A stretch of DNA of 62,828 bases, filler included, from Globobulimina sp. (taxonomy: Eukaryota), in NCBI GenBank assembly GCA_003354225.1. It is 16 parts of 16 records of this genome, joined end to end, with 100 filler letters (N's around TTAATTAATTAA, not from the genome) between each part and the next. Parts side by side here need not be neighbours in the genome. Positions count along the whole stretch, not along the records: positions 23,620 to 27,453 come from PIVH01002020.1; positions 27,554 to 31,387 come from PIVH01002021.1; positions 31,488 to 35,319 come from PIVH01002022.1; positions 35,420 to 39,251 come from PIVH01002023.1; 12 more parts are not named here. The stretch is one strand, 5' to 3'. Positions within the stretch are counted from its first letter, which is position 1, and the number at the start of each line of letters is the position of its first letter. The notes under the pieces are model-generated. The model had not been told where the DNA came from, ran no database searches, and saw only the letters and a list, made by a program, of their open reading frames with translations. The translations under genes were made by a program, and so were the position numbers. Positions 25,084 to 37,316 of this stretch are shown piece by piece.

Positions 25084-25881
25084 CTATAATCGCGCAGATC
25101 CACCATCAATGACATAGTTAGCACCCGTAATCCAACCAGCTTTATCATTGTCAATTAAAAACATTATAAATTCAACGATGTCCTTTGTTGTTCCCATTCT
25201 TCTCAACGGGATATTTGATTTTATTTCATTTTGTAACGCATTCAGTTTTCTTTGATCATATTTATCCCAAATTTGTGTATCTTTTATAAATCCAGGCTCA
25301 ATATTATTGACTCGAATACTTCTTCGCGCAAATACCAATGAACATGATTTTGTAATTGATTGTAATCCCCGTTTAGCACATCCATAAACTGTCCTATATC
25401 CACGGGAATGTCCTGAATATGCCGAGACTGAGCCAATATTTATGATTGATCCACCATTTACAATGTACGGTTCGATATACTTCATTAATATAAACGGCGA
25501 GGTTAAATTTAAATTAATGTGATAAGTCCATTCATTTAAATCCAACTCATCAAAATTAAATATTTTATTGGTGCCACCTGCATTATTTACAAGCAAATTA
25601 ATTCCTTTTTTATTGGATAGAAATCCCTCTTCAACGAATTTATTTAATGATGGAATAATAATATTTAACATTTGTTGTGGTTTTGATAAATCAGATGAAA
25701 TAATACGTGTCCATACATCTGAGTTATTTTTATTGCTATATTTCTTTGCAATGGATCTCATTTTTGATTCTGTGCGAGATACTAAGATAACTTTCCATTT
25801 TTGGGACAGTAATTTGATGACTAATTTCTTCCCAATACCTTTTGATGCACCTGTTACAACCGCAACTTTGTATGCTGTCAT
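25084..25881 (-). CDS. Short-chain dehydrogenase/reductase (classical SDR)
   Basis: TGASKGIG, LVNNAG, YGCAK (YxxxK), IRVNNIEPG and WITGANYVIDGG. Confidence 0.93.
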   Translation of the reverse strand: MTAYKVAVVTGASKGIGKKLVIKLLSQKWKVILVSRTESKMRSIAKKYSNKNNSDVWTRIISSDLSKPQQMLNIIIPSLNKFVEEGFLSNKKGINLLVNNAGGTNKIFNFDELDLNEWTYHINLNLTSPFILMKYIEPYIVNGGSIINIGSVSAYSGHSRGYRTVYGCAKRGLQSITKSCSLVFARRSIRVNNIEPGFIKDTQIWDKYDQRKLNALQNEIKSNIPLRRMGTTKDIVEFIMFLIDNDKAGWITGANYVIDGGSARL

Positions 25882-25920
25882 GATTCAAAATAAAAAACTG
25901 TAAAAGTTGATAATTGAAAC

Positions 25921-27453
25921 ATGTCAAACGTCGCTTTTGTTAGTATAAAAAACTACATGTTTATCATTGACAATTACCAAGCTAGAATTTCTGCATTGGA
26001 GCAAGAAATTGTTTCGTTGAATTCACAACTGAGTGAACTCAAAACATATAAAGATTTAGTGGAAGAAACTTTGGATGCAGAAAATGATCGTGATGTTAAC
26101 TGGACCATTATTCGTGAAAAGTTTCAAGCTGGAGATGATAAATACATTTTAGAACTAATCCATGAAAAGAAAGTTGATATAATAAATGATGCGGACGAGG
26201 ATGGATATAATATGTTTTTGTTAGCCTGCGGATATGGAATATTGCATATTGTTAAAATGTGCATCAACTTTGGTGCTGATGTTTGTTCCTCTATTTATAT
26301 TCACATATATTGTACCTGTATATATTTTATATTTTTACTGCAGATTTATTATCAAGATAAGAATGGAAATGATGGACTTTTTCATGCCCGTTACCATCAA
26401 CATTATGATATTGTGGAATATTTGGTGTTAGAAACATTTTTAGTGCAACAAATGGCTGGTTTTAAGATTAAGGCACATAAATATTACAATGTGATTCGTA
26501 AAAAAGAGAATTCGAATTTAAATTATTTAATTAAAAATAATGTGGATACACAAATAATGGTTTTGGCGAACGCAGGGAACCATAAAGGTTTAATGGATGT
26601 TTTTATTAAAGAACAGGTGCACTGTTTAATGGATTTGGAGAATAATCAAAATATAAATAGTATCAACAGCTGTTTGACGCAAATATATAAGAATGGCCAT
26701 ATAAAAGCATTAAAAGTATTTATATCATTATGTAAGGATGAAACTGAAATTGATAAGTTTTTAGCAAAGCAAATTGATGCAAATGGTGAGTATCAAAATG
26801 GATTTACTATCGCAGCAAAACATGGTCACTTGGAAATGATGCAATATATTTTATTATTTCATCGATTCGATTCAATTGCAAAAAGTTTAATATTTTCAAG
26901 AGATACTTATTTGCGAACACCATTTATTCAAACTTGTTGGAATGGGCATGTTGAATGTGCCAAATATATTTTATCAACTTTGAACAATGAAAAACAAATA
27001 AGAGAAGTGGTTAAAGCGCATGATAAATATGGTAAAAATTGTTTGCATTATGCTGCTGACAAAGGAGATGTTGATATGGTGCAATATATATTGTCCATAT
27101 TTAAATACCAAAACGATCGAATTCAGTTCATTCAAAAAAGAGAATCTCATCGAAATGGCCATGGACAAACTGCATTTGTGCTTGCTGTGATTGGCGGACA
27201 TATGGATGTTTGTAAATTATTGTTGACAGAAAAAATAACGGAAATGACTTATGATTCTAACAGAAGTGCAATTATGTTGGCAGCAATAAATGGGAATTTA
27301 GCAATGGTTAAGTTTTTGTTGTCATTGTGTGTCGATCAAGAAGCAAGAATGAGAATGATTGGAAAACAAGATTTTTATGGAACGAATGTATTTATGCTTG
27401 CTTGTGAATACGAGATGCAACATATTGCAGAATATATATTGTCAAGATTGAGT
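25921..27453 (+). CDS. Ankyrin-repeat protein, truncated at the 3' end
   Basis: Multiple ANK repeats (GKNCLHYAADKGDVDMVQYIL, AIMLAAINGNLAMVKFLL). Stopless 63-nt intron at 26281-26343. Confidence 0.88.
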
Positions 27454-27553
27454 NNNNNNNNNNNNNNNNNNNNNNNNNNNNNNNNNNNNNNNNNNNNTTA
27501 ATTAATTAANNNNNNNNNNNNNNNNNNNNNNNNNNNNNNNNNNNNNNNNNNNN

Positions 27554-28337
27554 TTCTGAATTGGAACAGGTTAATTAACTTCAAATAATATTCTTAGATT
27601 TGCTGAATTTTTTAAATCCGAAATCTTAAAATCTAAGCATATTATTTGTATTTTGTATACCTCACTGATATCATGACTCTTTGCATTGAGGTTGTCATTG
27701 ATTTGACGAATATGTAAACAAAGCCAACTCCGTAAATAAACTCACCGATGAATGCAGTGAGAATGAGTAATATCAGTGGTATTCGGGTGGAACATTGGCT
27801 GTTTTCAGTGTCATAAGTGCAGGAATGGAAGATCAAGACCAAAATGGAGATGGCAATCATTTGTATGGTCAGAATGTATGGCGAATGTTTGACGAATAGG
27901 TTTAAATACTTATTTTGTAACATTTCAATCACCATTTGACCGCGTACGATATTGAAGCCCCAAATAAAATGTTTGGAAAGAAATCGTAATAATATGGCAG
28001 CGATTGGTGAATAGGAACAGGTGACATTGGATGCATTGTGTGAAGAATGCAAAAATAAGGTTGAAGACAGTAAGGAGGTCAATGTCGATAATAATATCAT
28101 TAAAAACGCAATTGGTAACTTTAAATTGCAGCAAGTTGTTGGTGGTTCGCATGCTAATAACGATTTCATCCATTTTTTGAATCGTTTTGATGAACATCGG
28201 AATATATTTCGGATAAATAACAATTCAAACATCCAGTACAATAACACAAATAAGCCAATTGTCCATATTGTAGAGGTGTATGATGCCATGAAGTGTGCAT
28301 TCCATATTGGAACTTGTAATTGCTCAATAAAACACAT
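27554..28337 (-). CDS. 7TM-like membrane protein, 5' part
   Basis: About 5 hydrophobic segments with Cys in the loops. The ORF ends in intron-like AT-rich sequence near the contig edge. Confidence 0.55.
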
Positions 28338-28404
28338 TTGGATTAAATAAAAGCAGACATGTTACAATTTGGAAAACTCCAAAGGCTCAAAAAACATCAT
28401 TACA

Positions 28405-29494
28405 ATGGCAAAAAGAATCACAACGGAGAACAGCTTCCGGTTGGCAACCAACAATTTAATGCCAAAAGTATGAGTATAACCTGTTATTAATATTCGTACA
28501 ATCTATATTTGTGTATATATTAAGTTTAGGTAGGATTTGGAACTTGGAAATTGTCCGCCGACATAACAGAAGGAGTGGTATCTTGTGCAATTAAGCAAGG
28601 ATATAATTTAATTGATTGTGCAGCAAACTATAAAAACGAGAAGGAAATAGGTAAGGCATTGCAGAAAACAATAAAAGATGAAAAATATACGAGCAGAGAT
28701 TCTTTGTTTATAACCTCAAAATTATGGAACACAGATCATGCTCCAAAAGATGTAAAACCTGCCATACAACGAACATTAAGAGATTTGAATGTGGATTATT
28801 TAGATTTGTATTTAATGCATTTCCCGGTGTCGTGGCCCAATCGAAGAACGAATGAGAATGATTATCCTGAATCATTTAACAATGACTTCTATGGCACACA
28901 AACCGATACCACGGTGTTTGAGACATGGCAGGCTATGGAAGAGTTGGTGGATGAAGGATTGGTGAAAGACATCGGAGTTTCAAATTGTATGTGTTTTCAT
29001 GTTTTTTATTGAAAATTCTGGAAATATATTAATTTTATATAGTTTCAACATCGTTGATATGGGAACTTGATAAGCAAACAAAGAAAGCAATATCGGTGAA
29101 TCAGGTGGAATTACATCCTTTTTTGGCGCAAAATGCGTTGGTGAATTTATGTGAAAGTAAAGATATACAAATTACTGCATTTTCATCATTGGCAAGTCTG
29201 TCGTATGAAAATTGGGGGATTTATAAATCATTGCCGTCTTTGTTAGAAACGGCAGAAATGAAAAATATGGCAACAAAGTATAATGCGACAGCAGCGCAGA
29301 TATTGCTGTCATGGGCGGTCAATACAAGAAATGTTGCCGTAATTCCAAAAACAAAGCAAATTGGACGATTGAAAGAGAATTTGGAATTTACAAATATTGT
29401 GCTTGACGAAGAAGATGTTCTTGTCATTGATAATGTTGACCGAGGATTGAGATTTAATGACCATACACTCACTTGGGGTATCTGTATATTTTGA
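28405..29494 (+). CDS. Aldo/keto reductase (2 introns)
   Basis: MPK|VGFGTW, IDCAANYKNE, LFITSKLWN, YLDLYLMHFP, IGVSN|F, NQVELHP and VIPK. In-frame introns at 28468-28529 and 28987-29042. Confidence 0.93.
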
Positions 29495-29571
29495 AACTTA
29501 AATTTACGATAAGTATATTTTTTATAAAAACACAGCTTAAATAAGTTATATTAACCACATCAACTGTACAC

Positions 29572-31297
29572 ATGTACCGGCTCTTCCGTATACTTTTGTT
29601 GTTTGTAGCAACATCGTATATGGTTATTATTAACGGTCAGCAATGTCCAACCAACGGATTACAGAATCCACCATCCATTGAATGGACACCAAGTCCATCA
29701 TCACCAACCACATTCTGTGCAACGCTGACAGTTTCTCACGCGACCAAAACATGGAATAACAACGCAGTTTCATTAACAACGCGAGTATTCAATGATCAAT
29801 TACCTGGACCAACATTACGGCTGCAACGTGGAAACACATATAAAGTGACTTTGGTAAACAATTTAGACGCAAACCCCGCTGGAAATGAGTTGTTAACAGG
29901 AAATCAGGAACGAGATCCAAATACAATCAATCTTCATACGCATGGTTTACATATTAGTGGAGCACCAGGAGCAGATTACGTATTGTTGGAAGTCCCTCCT
30001 GTTTCGGGTAGCGATTCAAGTGTGACTTATACGTATAATATACCGTGCACTCATTCTGGTGGTATGCATTGGTACCACCCTCATCATCATCCATCGGTTG
30101 GCGTGCAGCTTGGAGGCGGAGCAGCGGGTGTAATCATTGTGGAGGACGATAAAAATATTGAAGGACTGGCTGACTGGTATGCGTGTGTTGAATGTGTACG
30201 TTATTGGCGTTTCTGAGTTTGTGTATGTACATTTTCAGGTATTGGAACATGCGCGAATTGATATTCTGGATAACGCATCTTTCAGCAACATTTATTAATA
30301 CACATGATGTGAGCACACTGCATTTAACTCCAAACAATGATGTTTTTTTAGTGAACGGTGAATATGCGCCGACCGTCTGTATGGAAGAGAATGAATGGAT
30401 TAAATTTAGATTTGGACAGAGTGAGATGTTCAACCCACAACGATACGCCATTGGTAATACTGGTGACTGTTCATTTGAATTATTGGCCAGAGATGGTGTT
30501 ATTATCAATGGTGGCGTACCGCGTACTGTTGGTAATATTGTGTGGTTGTCTGAGGGGTCGAGAGCTGATGTGGCCATCACCTGTGCCACAGCTGGGACAT
30601 ATTCCATAACTGCATTGGACGGAGATGCTGATGCAAGGAATGGCGCACAAGCGTTTATCATTGCATATATAGAAGTTTATAGTGGTAGTTCTACCGCAAC
30701 TACACTGACATCGTTCACACCCAACAGACCTTCGTATTTAACAGATTTGAGCTCTGCTACAGGTAGCTATGTACTGTGCATTTTGTAAGTAACAATTATA
30801 TTATTTATACAGTGGATAACACACTGAGTATGGAGCTGAGAGCTGCTTCAATTGCTGTGGCCGGATTAAATCAGCAATTTGGCATTGATGCAAATCCATA
30901 TTTTACAGGTGTTGCTAGCATAGCCATAGACAGTGTGAATGAATGGACGCTAATCAAAGGTAGGGGCAGCGGGTTTGGTAATCGATTTCATGCTTTTCAT
31001 ATTCATGTGAATCATTTTCAAGTTATGACTGATGTAGGAAATGATATTCCGGGCACCGATCAGCCACAGATAATTGATGCTGGATATCAACAAGTTGGTG
31101 ACTGGTTAGATACTTATTGGGGATCCGGTGTCATTCGGTTTAAACCCGATATATGGGGCGGTCCAGTAGTTATTCATTGCCATAAAATCGCGCATGTATG
31201 TTATTTATACATATTAAACATATATAATATATTATATAATATTTAATTATAACAGGAAATAAGCGGTGTAATAATAATAATAATAATAATAATTTAA
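29572..31297 (+). CDS. Secreted three-domain multicopper oxidase (laccase-like), 3 introns; 3' end uncertain
   Basis: Copper motifs NLHTHGLH, HWYHPHHH, HAFHIHVNHF and HCHKIAH. Introns 30177-30238 and 30763-30812 join in frame; probable third intron at 31196-31255. Signal peptide present. Confidence 0.88.
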
Positions 31298-31487
31298 AGC
31301 TGCATCCTTGGATGCCCGTGGTGCACTTGAAGTGCTCCCGAAGGGGCCCAGTTGCCTGGTGGTTGGTTATTATAGTTTCTTGCTGCTNNNNNNNNNNNNN
31401 NNNNNNNNNNNNNNNNNNNNNNNNNNNNNNNTTAATTAATTAANNNNNNNNNNNNNNNNNNNNNNNNNNNNNNNNNNNNNNNNNNNN

Positions 31488-31773
31488 CATCGAAGTTTTT
31501 GTTTAAATTATTGATTTTATAAACATGTATTTGTTTTGGTGCCGACGAGTCATCATTTTCATTGGCAATGGCATGGATTGTGATTGATTTCAAATCAATT
31601 AATTGCTTAAATTGTATCAACACAATTAATTCTTGGTCAACGTCTGATAAAATATAGGAATTACAGTCAAATGTCTCCCTGGATATTAAAGCCTTGTTGG
31701 GCATAGTCGATAACTCGCCATCTCTGTTCAGAATAGTGATTGCTTGGATCCACTGTCTCAGTCTCAGATCCAT
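31488..31773 (-). CDS. PITH-domain protein, 5' fragment
   Basis: YILSDVDQELIVLIQFKQLIDLKSITIHA...APKQIHVY...NFD matches the PITH pattern. Confidence 0.75.
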
Positions 31774-31922
31774 TATAAGCTAACTAAGTATGTCAGTGCT
31801 TGGGTATGAAAGTAATGCGGCAAAATATCAAACAAAACACACCAGCAAACAAAGAGTATAAAGTATAAATTAACTATGATAAAGTATACAAATAAGATAT
31901 TAAAATGAAATATTCAGTCAAG

Positions 31923-33895
31923 TCAAAACACAAAGGATTCACAATGAAACCTCGCACCATATTTAACTGCATGCTTTTCCACCTCCCGCACCAATAAAGG
32001 CGGCCCACAACAAAACACCACAGTACGCGACGGATTATTCGCTTTATCCGAGATTATGCTCAACACCGATGACCAATTTGGCCGTCCGTACGTATACATG
32101 GTACCATCCGTCCTCGGCACGACATGGTTAAATTCGCTGTCATCGTCTTGCTTATATTCATGCACTTGTCCATCATCACCGTCATCCACCACCGACACAC
32201 CGCCATTCCTCGTCGCAAATAAGCGCACATTGAATTTATTATTGACGGCATCATTGTGGTCCTCATAATTCCTCCACGTCGAGTAATACATAGAAAACAT
32301 TTTACTGTCTCTTGCCACCCAAATCAAGTCACAATACGGCAACGTTTGAGCTTGCGAGTCTTTGCCGCCATATCTGATGGATCGAGATAAAAGTGTACTG
32401 AATATAGAGTGGCACGGAGTGATTCCAATGCCGCCACCAATTAAAACAACTCGGTCATAGCCACTGTACACAAATGGTTTACCATACGGACCGTCGACAT
32501 GTAGCTCAATCTCATGTGCACCGAGCTCGTTTTTCTCCACTTTCTGGGCCAATGCATATAGCAACGACGTAAACTGTCCCTTTCCCGCGATGCCTTCACC
32601 ATAATCCATCTCCGAGACGCTCGCGCCTTCATTTTGAATCTGTAAATAACACTCATTTTCATCTTCGCCGCTCGAGATTGTGAAGGGATGCCATTGATGA
32701 AGCGAGATATTGCCGATGTTGACAAATACATATTGGCCCATTTTGAAATTCATTTTTTTGTACTGCGCTTCGCTGAATTTCATAGAATATGCACCCACAG
32801 AAAAGGACAATTTTGTAATCTCGATTCGGTTATCATTCTCGGCGCCGTTTACACATATTCGCAGCGAGTTTATTTTGCAAATCCGGGCGGAATTTACCAT
32901 TCGAATCATGCGGTCGATGGCGTATAAACTCAACGGAGGAATTATGTATCTCCACGCTTGCGAGGCGTGCCATAACACCGACGATATCATGACCACTGCG
33001 CCAAATAAATGCGTGTAATAAAATAATTCAAAATATCTCCTGCGGATCACATAAAAAGTACAGCCGACATAGATGACGGGGACTAAAAATAGCATCACAT
33101 AGTACATTAAGATCGGAGTGAAGTTGTCAGCGTGATACGACAAGGGGACATTGAACGGTTTATAGGTTTCTTCGCCAGATTGCTCCCAAAATACAATCCA
33201 TAAAATCAAATGAATATAGCCGGCCAATATGAATAATACGCCGAAAAACCTGTGATATGCAAGTAAGTGTTCGAACGATATCATAAAACAGTCGTTCCAT
33301 AACCGAATGCGTGTACTGGTGAAGAGCATAATGGTCAGGAATTGAATGGCCATTATACCGATGTAACGCGCCCATCTTTCCATCACAACTTTATCTGTTT
33401 CGTCATAGAAATGGACGGTAATGAAGTAATGACCAATGACGGACATCATAATAATCCATAATATCCAGAATATTATCTCGCCGATGGTCACTGAGATTAA
33501 ACTGCATATTCATTGCATGTATGATAACAACATATTGCTTTGAGTGAGGAGAAAACACTGGAACTAAACTTTAAATTAACTCGTCCCAAATTAATATTGA
33601 GCCCCAAATAAACCCGTTTTGTCAGGAATATGCGCATCGCGGCAGCTTTGTTGGCAACGTAGGAAAAGATGGCAACTACAAATATGAATAAATACCAATA
33701 TAATAAATCATAATATAACCGCGCATAGCAGATCTCGCTGATATAACTCCCCGTAATCGAGTATGTGCCACATACAAATTCAAAGTAAATATTCCATGTA
33801 TCCACAGTGAGCGCAGTGGTCGACGCTAATTTGGTAATAATCTCCGATGGATACATACGATGCCAATCTGAGACATTCACACAATTTATCCACAA
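31923..33895 (-). CDS. Ferric reductase / NADPH oxidase family flavocytochrome
   Basis: Heme His pairs YHRFFG...YIH and FYYTHL...LWH, FAD motif WHPFTISS, DGPYG, IGGGIGITP, FCCGPP and terminal ESFVF. Upstream exon 33497-33895 can be joined by a short intron. Confidence 0.9.
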
Positions 33896-33933
33896 AAATA
33901 TAGGAATGTAAACGAAAAAAAATAAAAATACTG

Positions 33934-34713
33934 CTACATATTCAAAAAATTTATCAGAGCTGGCTTCAAAGTCTTGCTCTGAATCGGATCTCCTTCCATA
34001 TCCATAACGTATTCCTGCGGTTTTTCCATTGTCAATCTCATGCTCACTGCGTATATTTCATGCATTCGTATCCTTGCACTGCGCGAGAATCCAAACAAAA
34101 AAAGTATATATAACTTGTGCGTGGCAGTCATTTCTGTGCTGGTGATCAATGGTTCTTGTTCAGCATAATTTGATTTATTGTCATTTACGGGCTGCATAGT
34201 AATCTGTGCATGCGTGGTATATAAATTTCTCATTAAAACAGCTCTTAATAAGATATGGAACGCAGTGATGCCGGTTAACCACATGGTTAATACGAGAAAA
34301 ACGCCCTGCATTAATTTCACCAATGCCTCAGAAGTAAATGATTGATCCCATTGCAGCCAGTCCTGAATGCCCCATCTCACAAAATATATGGCACCGACTG
34401 CAAACAAAGCGATCGTAAATAATAATAAAAAAAGCAAATCACCAATCCAATGGTATCCAATGTGCGACGATAGTCTAAAAATACTGGATTGCCATAATAT
34501 TAATCCAATGGGCAATAATAAGAGTCCTACAATGAATTTTAACATGTTTGATGATGTAACAAGGTCTTCCGTCCATATACCGAATGCGTCATCAATTAAA
34601 TAATATGATAATACATATAAGGCTGCACCAACAAAGAATTGACCCCATGTCACAGCTATTGTCGCGGATGGGTTGTAAAATATATCATCTTTGGTTGGTT
34701 TTGATTCGATCAT
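33934..34713 (-). CDS. Four-TM membrane protein, either separate or the 5' part of the ferric reductase gene
   Basis: Four hydrophobic segments and a probable 36-nt intron at 34079-34114. The obvious GT-AG junction to the downstream exon is out of phase, so fusion is not established. Confidence 0.5.
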   Translation of the reverse strand: MIESKPTKDDIFYNPSATIAVTWGQFFVGAALYVLSYYLIDDAFGIWTEDLVTSSNMLKFIVGLLLLPIGLILWQSSIFRLSSHIGYHWIGDLLFLLLFTIALFAVGAIYFVRWGIQDWLQWDQSFTSEALVKLMQGVFLVLTMWLTGITAFHILLRAVLMRNLYTTHAQITMQPVNDNKSNYAEQEPLITSTEMTATHKLYILFLFGFSRSARIRMHEIYAVSMRLTMEKPQEYVMDMEGDPIQSKTLKPALINFLNM

Positions 34714-35421
34714 CTTTGCTTAATTAGATTTCAAGGCGAAAACTAGAGTTTTTACAAAAAAGTTTACTTTATTAATGATGCTAACAATCTGACAAAAACC
34801 ACTCATTATGCATGGTTATCAACTGCTGCATCACAGCTATTTTCTGTGGAATTAGGTATATGTTTGTACGGATTTATACATCGCGAAAATTTTTTGAAAG
34901 ATGTGTATGAACAGTGAACAAATAAAATATGTACTCATATATTTTCTATCTAACAACAGATTGCTTTGATTGTACATCATTTTTTTGGTTTTTATTATTA
35001 TATGTAATAAGCTTAACCCAGATAAACCGCACCAAAACAGGAACAATGGGAAGCACTTAACTGCAGACATACGCATTCACTGCGGATCGACACAACATTG
35101 GAGTGACAACTATTGAGCTAAATTTCATTGTGGTGATCGGACTTCAACTTTTGCAGTTGATCGCTCACCATAATAGTGTGTGTGTCTGTAGATGGTAGGT
35201 GTCTGTAGATGAAAAGGTTTTAAATGACACAAGGGTGAATTGATACATGATACCACTTAAGTCTCAAATGATACAACAGCACTATTTATTGTAACAAACT
35301 TGTCAGACACTTGTGGGACNNNNNNNNNNNNNNNNNNNNNNNNNNNNNNNNNNNNNNNNNNNNTTAATTAATTAANNNNNNNNNNNNNNNNNNNNNNNNN
35401 NNNNNNNNNNNNNNNNNNNTT

Positions 35422-35583
35422 TATGATGGCCATGTTAGTGGATTGTATTGCAGTTTGTATGTGGTATCAGACTCTGATATTTTGTGCACTTTTTGGATGT
35501 TTGAAGGAGAATGTTGGAGTGCGGATTGTGAGCCATATTCTGTAGATATGCAGGCATGTTTTGCATATATGGGATTTGAGTAA
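35422..35583 (+). CDS. 3' end of an unknown Cys-containing protein
   Basis: Open frame from the contig edge (YDGHVSGLYC...CFAYMGFE) to TAA. Confidence 0.4.
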   Translation, partial: YDGHVSGLYCSLYVVSDSDILCTFWMFEGECWSADCEPYSVDMQACFAYMGFE

Positions 35584-35732
35584 TTAATACTTTGTTTAAT
35601 GTGATTGTAAATATGTTTGAATCTATATAGTTCTTGTCAAATTTGACAGTGTGTTCCTTATGTTAATATATATTTTAATTTCAGACTTAAATCTGCGAAA
35701 ACCTTGAGGCTGCTGCACGTATTTTGAATATA

Positions 35733-36356
35733 ATGCAGCCAGAATTACCACCATCATACGATACAGTCAGTCCATCGCAACCTCCATCATACGATAAAGT
35801 TTCAATAAACCTCAAAGATCTTTGGGGGTCATACATAAATCAAGAAGGAAAGCCACCAAATGATATTAAAGAATTACATAAATTTGCAAATAAGCATAAA
35901 TTTGGAGTGCAGTATCATGAGGTTGCTGAGATATTTTTTAATGGACAAAAACAAAAGAAAATGATTTCAAAAACGTATTATGACGATGTTCCAAAAGAGA
36001 ATATTTGGAGTGAATACATAAAACAGTATGGAACTGCACCAAATGATGCGTCGGAGTTACATGAATTTGCCAAAATAGCACAGCCGAACAACACCATCAA
36101 ATATTCAGAAGCTCGAAAAATATTTGAATTTGAAAATGAGACATTGCCCAAACAGAATGGACAGACTGTACAAAAGGCGCAGAAGGGACACTATGACCAA
36201 AAGTATGACGAATTAATGCGTGAAAAGGAAGCGTTGCAGCGCAAAGTTAAAGAAATGGAAAAACAAAAACAACAACAAACTCAAACTCCAGCAATTGCAA
36301 AAGCAATGACACAATCAAATGTTGTTAACGATATTAAATGTTGCATTATTATATAA
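35733..36356 (+). CDS. Protein with two PPxY motifs, two copies of an unnamed helical module, a coiled coil and a C-terminal CaaX (CCIII)
   Basis: PPSY twice; LWGSYINQEGKPPNDIKELHKFA and IWSEYIKQYGTAPNDASELHEFA; ends KCCIII*. Confidence 0.7.
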   Translation: MQPELPPSYDTVSPSQPPSYDKVSINLKDLWGSYINQEGKPPNDIKELHKFANKHKFGVQYHEVAEIFFNGQKQKKMISKTYYDDVPKENIWSEYIKQYGTAPNDASELHEFAKIAQPNNTIKYSEARKIFEFENETLPKQNGQTVQKAQKGHYDQKYDELMREKEALQRKVKEMEKQKQQQTQTPAIAKAMTQSNVVNDIKCCIII

Positions 36357-36524
36357 ATATTAAATGGATCAAATATATTGAAAATGAACCATGTATAGAT
36401 CACGTATATAAAATCATGGCCGTATATATTATGTAATTGAATCTTTGTTTAATTGTTTGCGTGTGTTTCAATGACAAAAATTATAAGGACAATTTGCAGA
36501 AATCCCCTGTTATATATTTCAGGC

Positions 36525-37316
36525 TTAAGTGCAAGGATTATATGTGTTTCTATTTGCTAAAAAAACGTTATCTATAAATATAAGAAGTAGCTCCTTCATT
36601 ATTTGTTTGCATGAAATAAGTTCTTCATTCAATCGGTTTAATATTAATTCAATTTCAGTTCCATTATCTGATTTTTTTTCTTCTTCCAATTGCATATTTT
36701 GTATTTTCTTAAATTTGTTATCAGTTTTACCACAAAAATCATAATACATTTTGAAAGTTATTTGTTTTCAAAAACAAAAAAAAAGTTTCTATGTAATTCC
36801 AGAACAAAATAACATTGAAATATAGATGTTATTCTATTTTGCAGTTACATAATACCAGAAAAAAATACTTTTTTTAATATTTTTGAAACATGCATGTACG
36901 GAAAAACTTGTTTGCAATGTATATGCTATAAAAATCAACAATTAATAACAATTAACTCTTTCCTTCTGAACCAGCATGGTTCGCACTGCTTTATTCTTAG
37001 CATCCAATTCCGCAGTCTGTTCATTCAATCGTTGCTCCTGGATTTTATTCGACATTTCTAAGCGACCAATTTCTTTTTCATACTGTTCAATCAATGAAGT
37101 TATTTCGTTTTGCGTTTCCTTAAATTGTGATATTAAAATAAAAATTATTATTATTATGTACAGCGCACCAAATAAAGTATAAAAAATACTAACTTTTTCT
37201 TTGTCTTTCAATAACTTTTTCAATCGTAATGTTTCAGCATTTTTGTCTGATATTTCTATCGAGCTCGTCAGGGTTTGTTCAGTCAGTGAAGCCATCTCAT
37301 TTTCTTTTGCTTTCAA
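36525..37316 (-). CDS. Coiled-coil exons, in frame with the upstream SAM-Ubl gene beyond a TGA
   Basis: ORFs 36942-37316 and 36525-36749. Stopless 75-nt intron at 37119-37193. Confidence 0.45.

Noticed and set aside
31298-31387. More GC-rich tail with a small hairpin (cccgaaggg) as an RNA gene
   Set aside because: It is too short, sits at a contig edge, and has no recognisable tRNA, rRNA or snRNA motif.
29572-34713. Multicopper oxidase next to ferric reductase as a Fet3/Fre-type iron-uptake cluster
   Set aside because: The two genes are separated by the linker at 31388-31487 and lie on different contigs.
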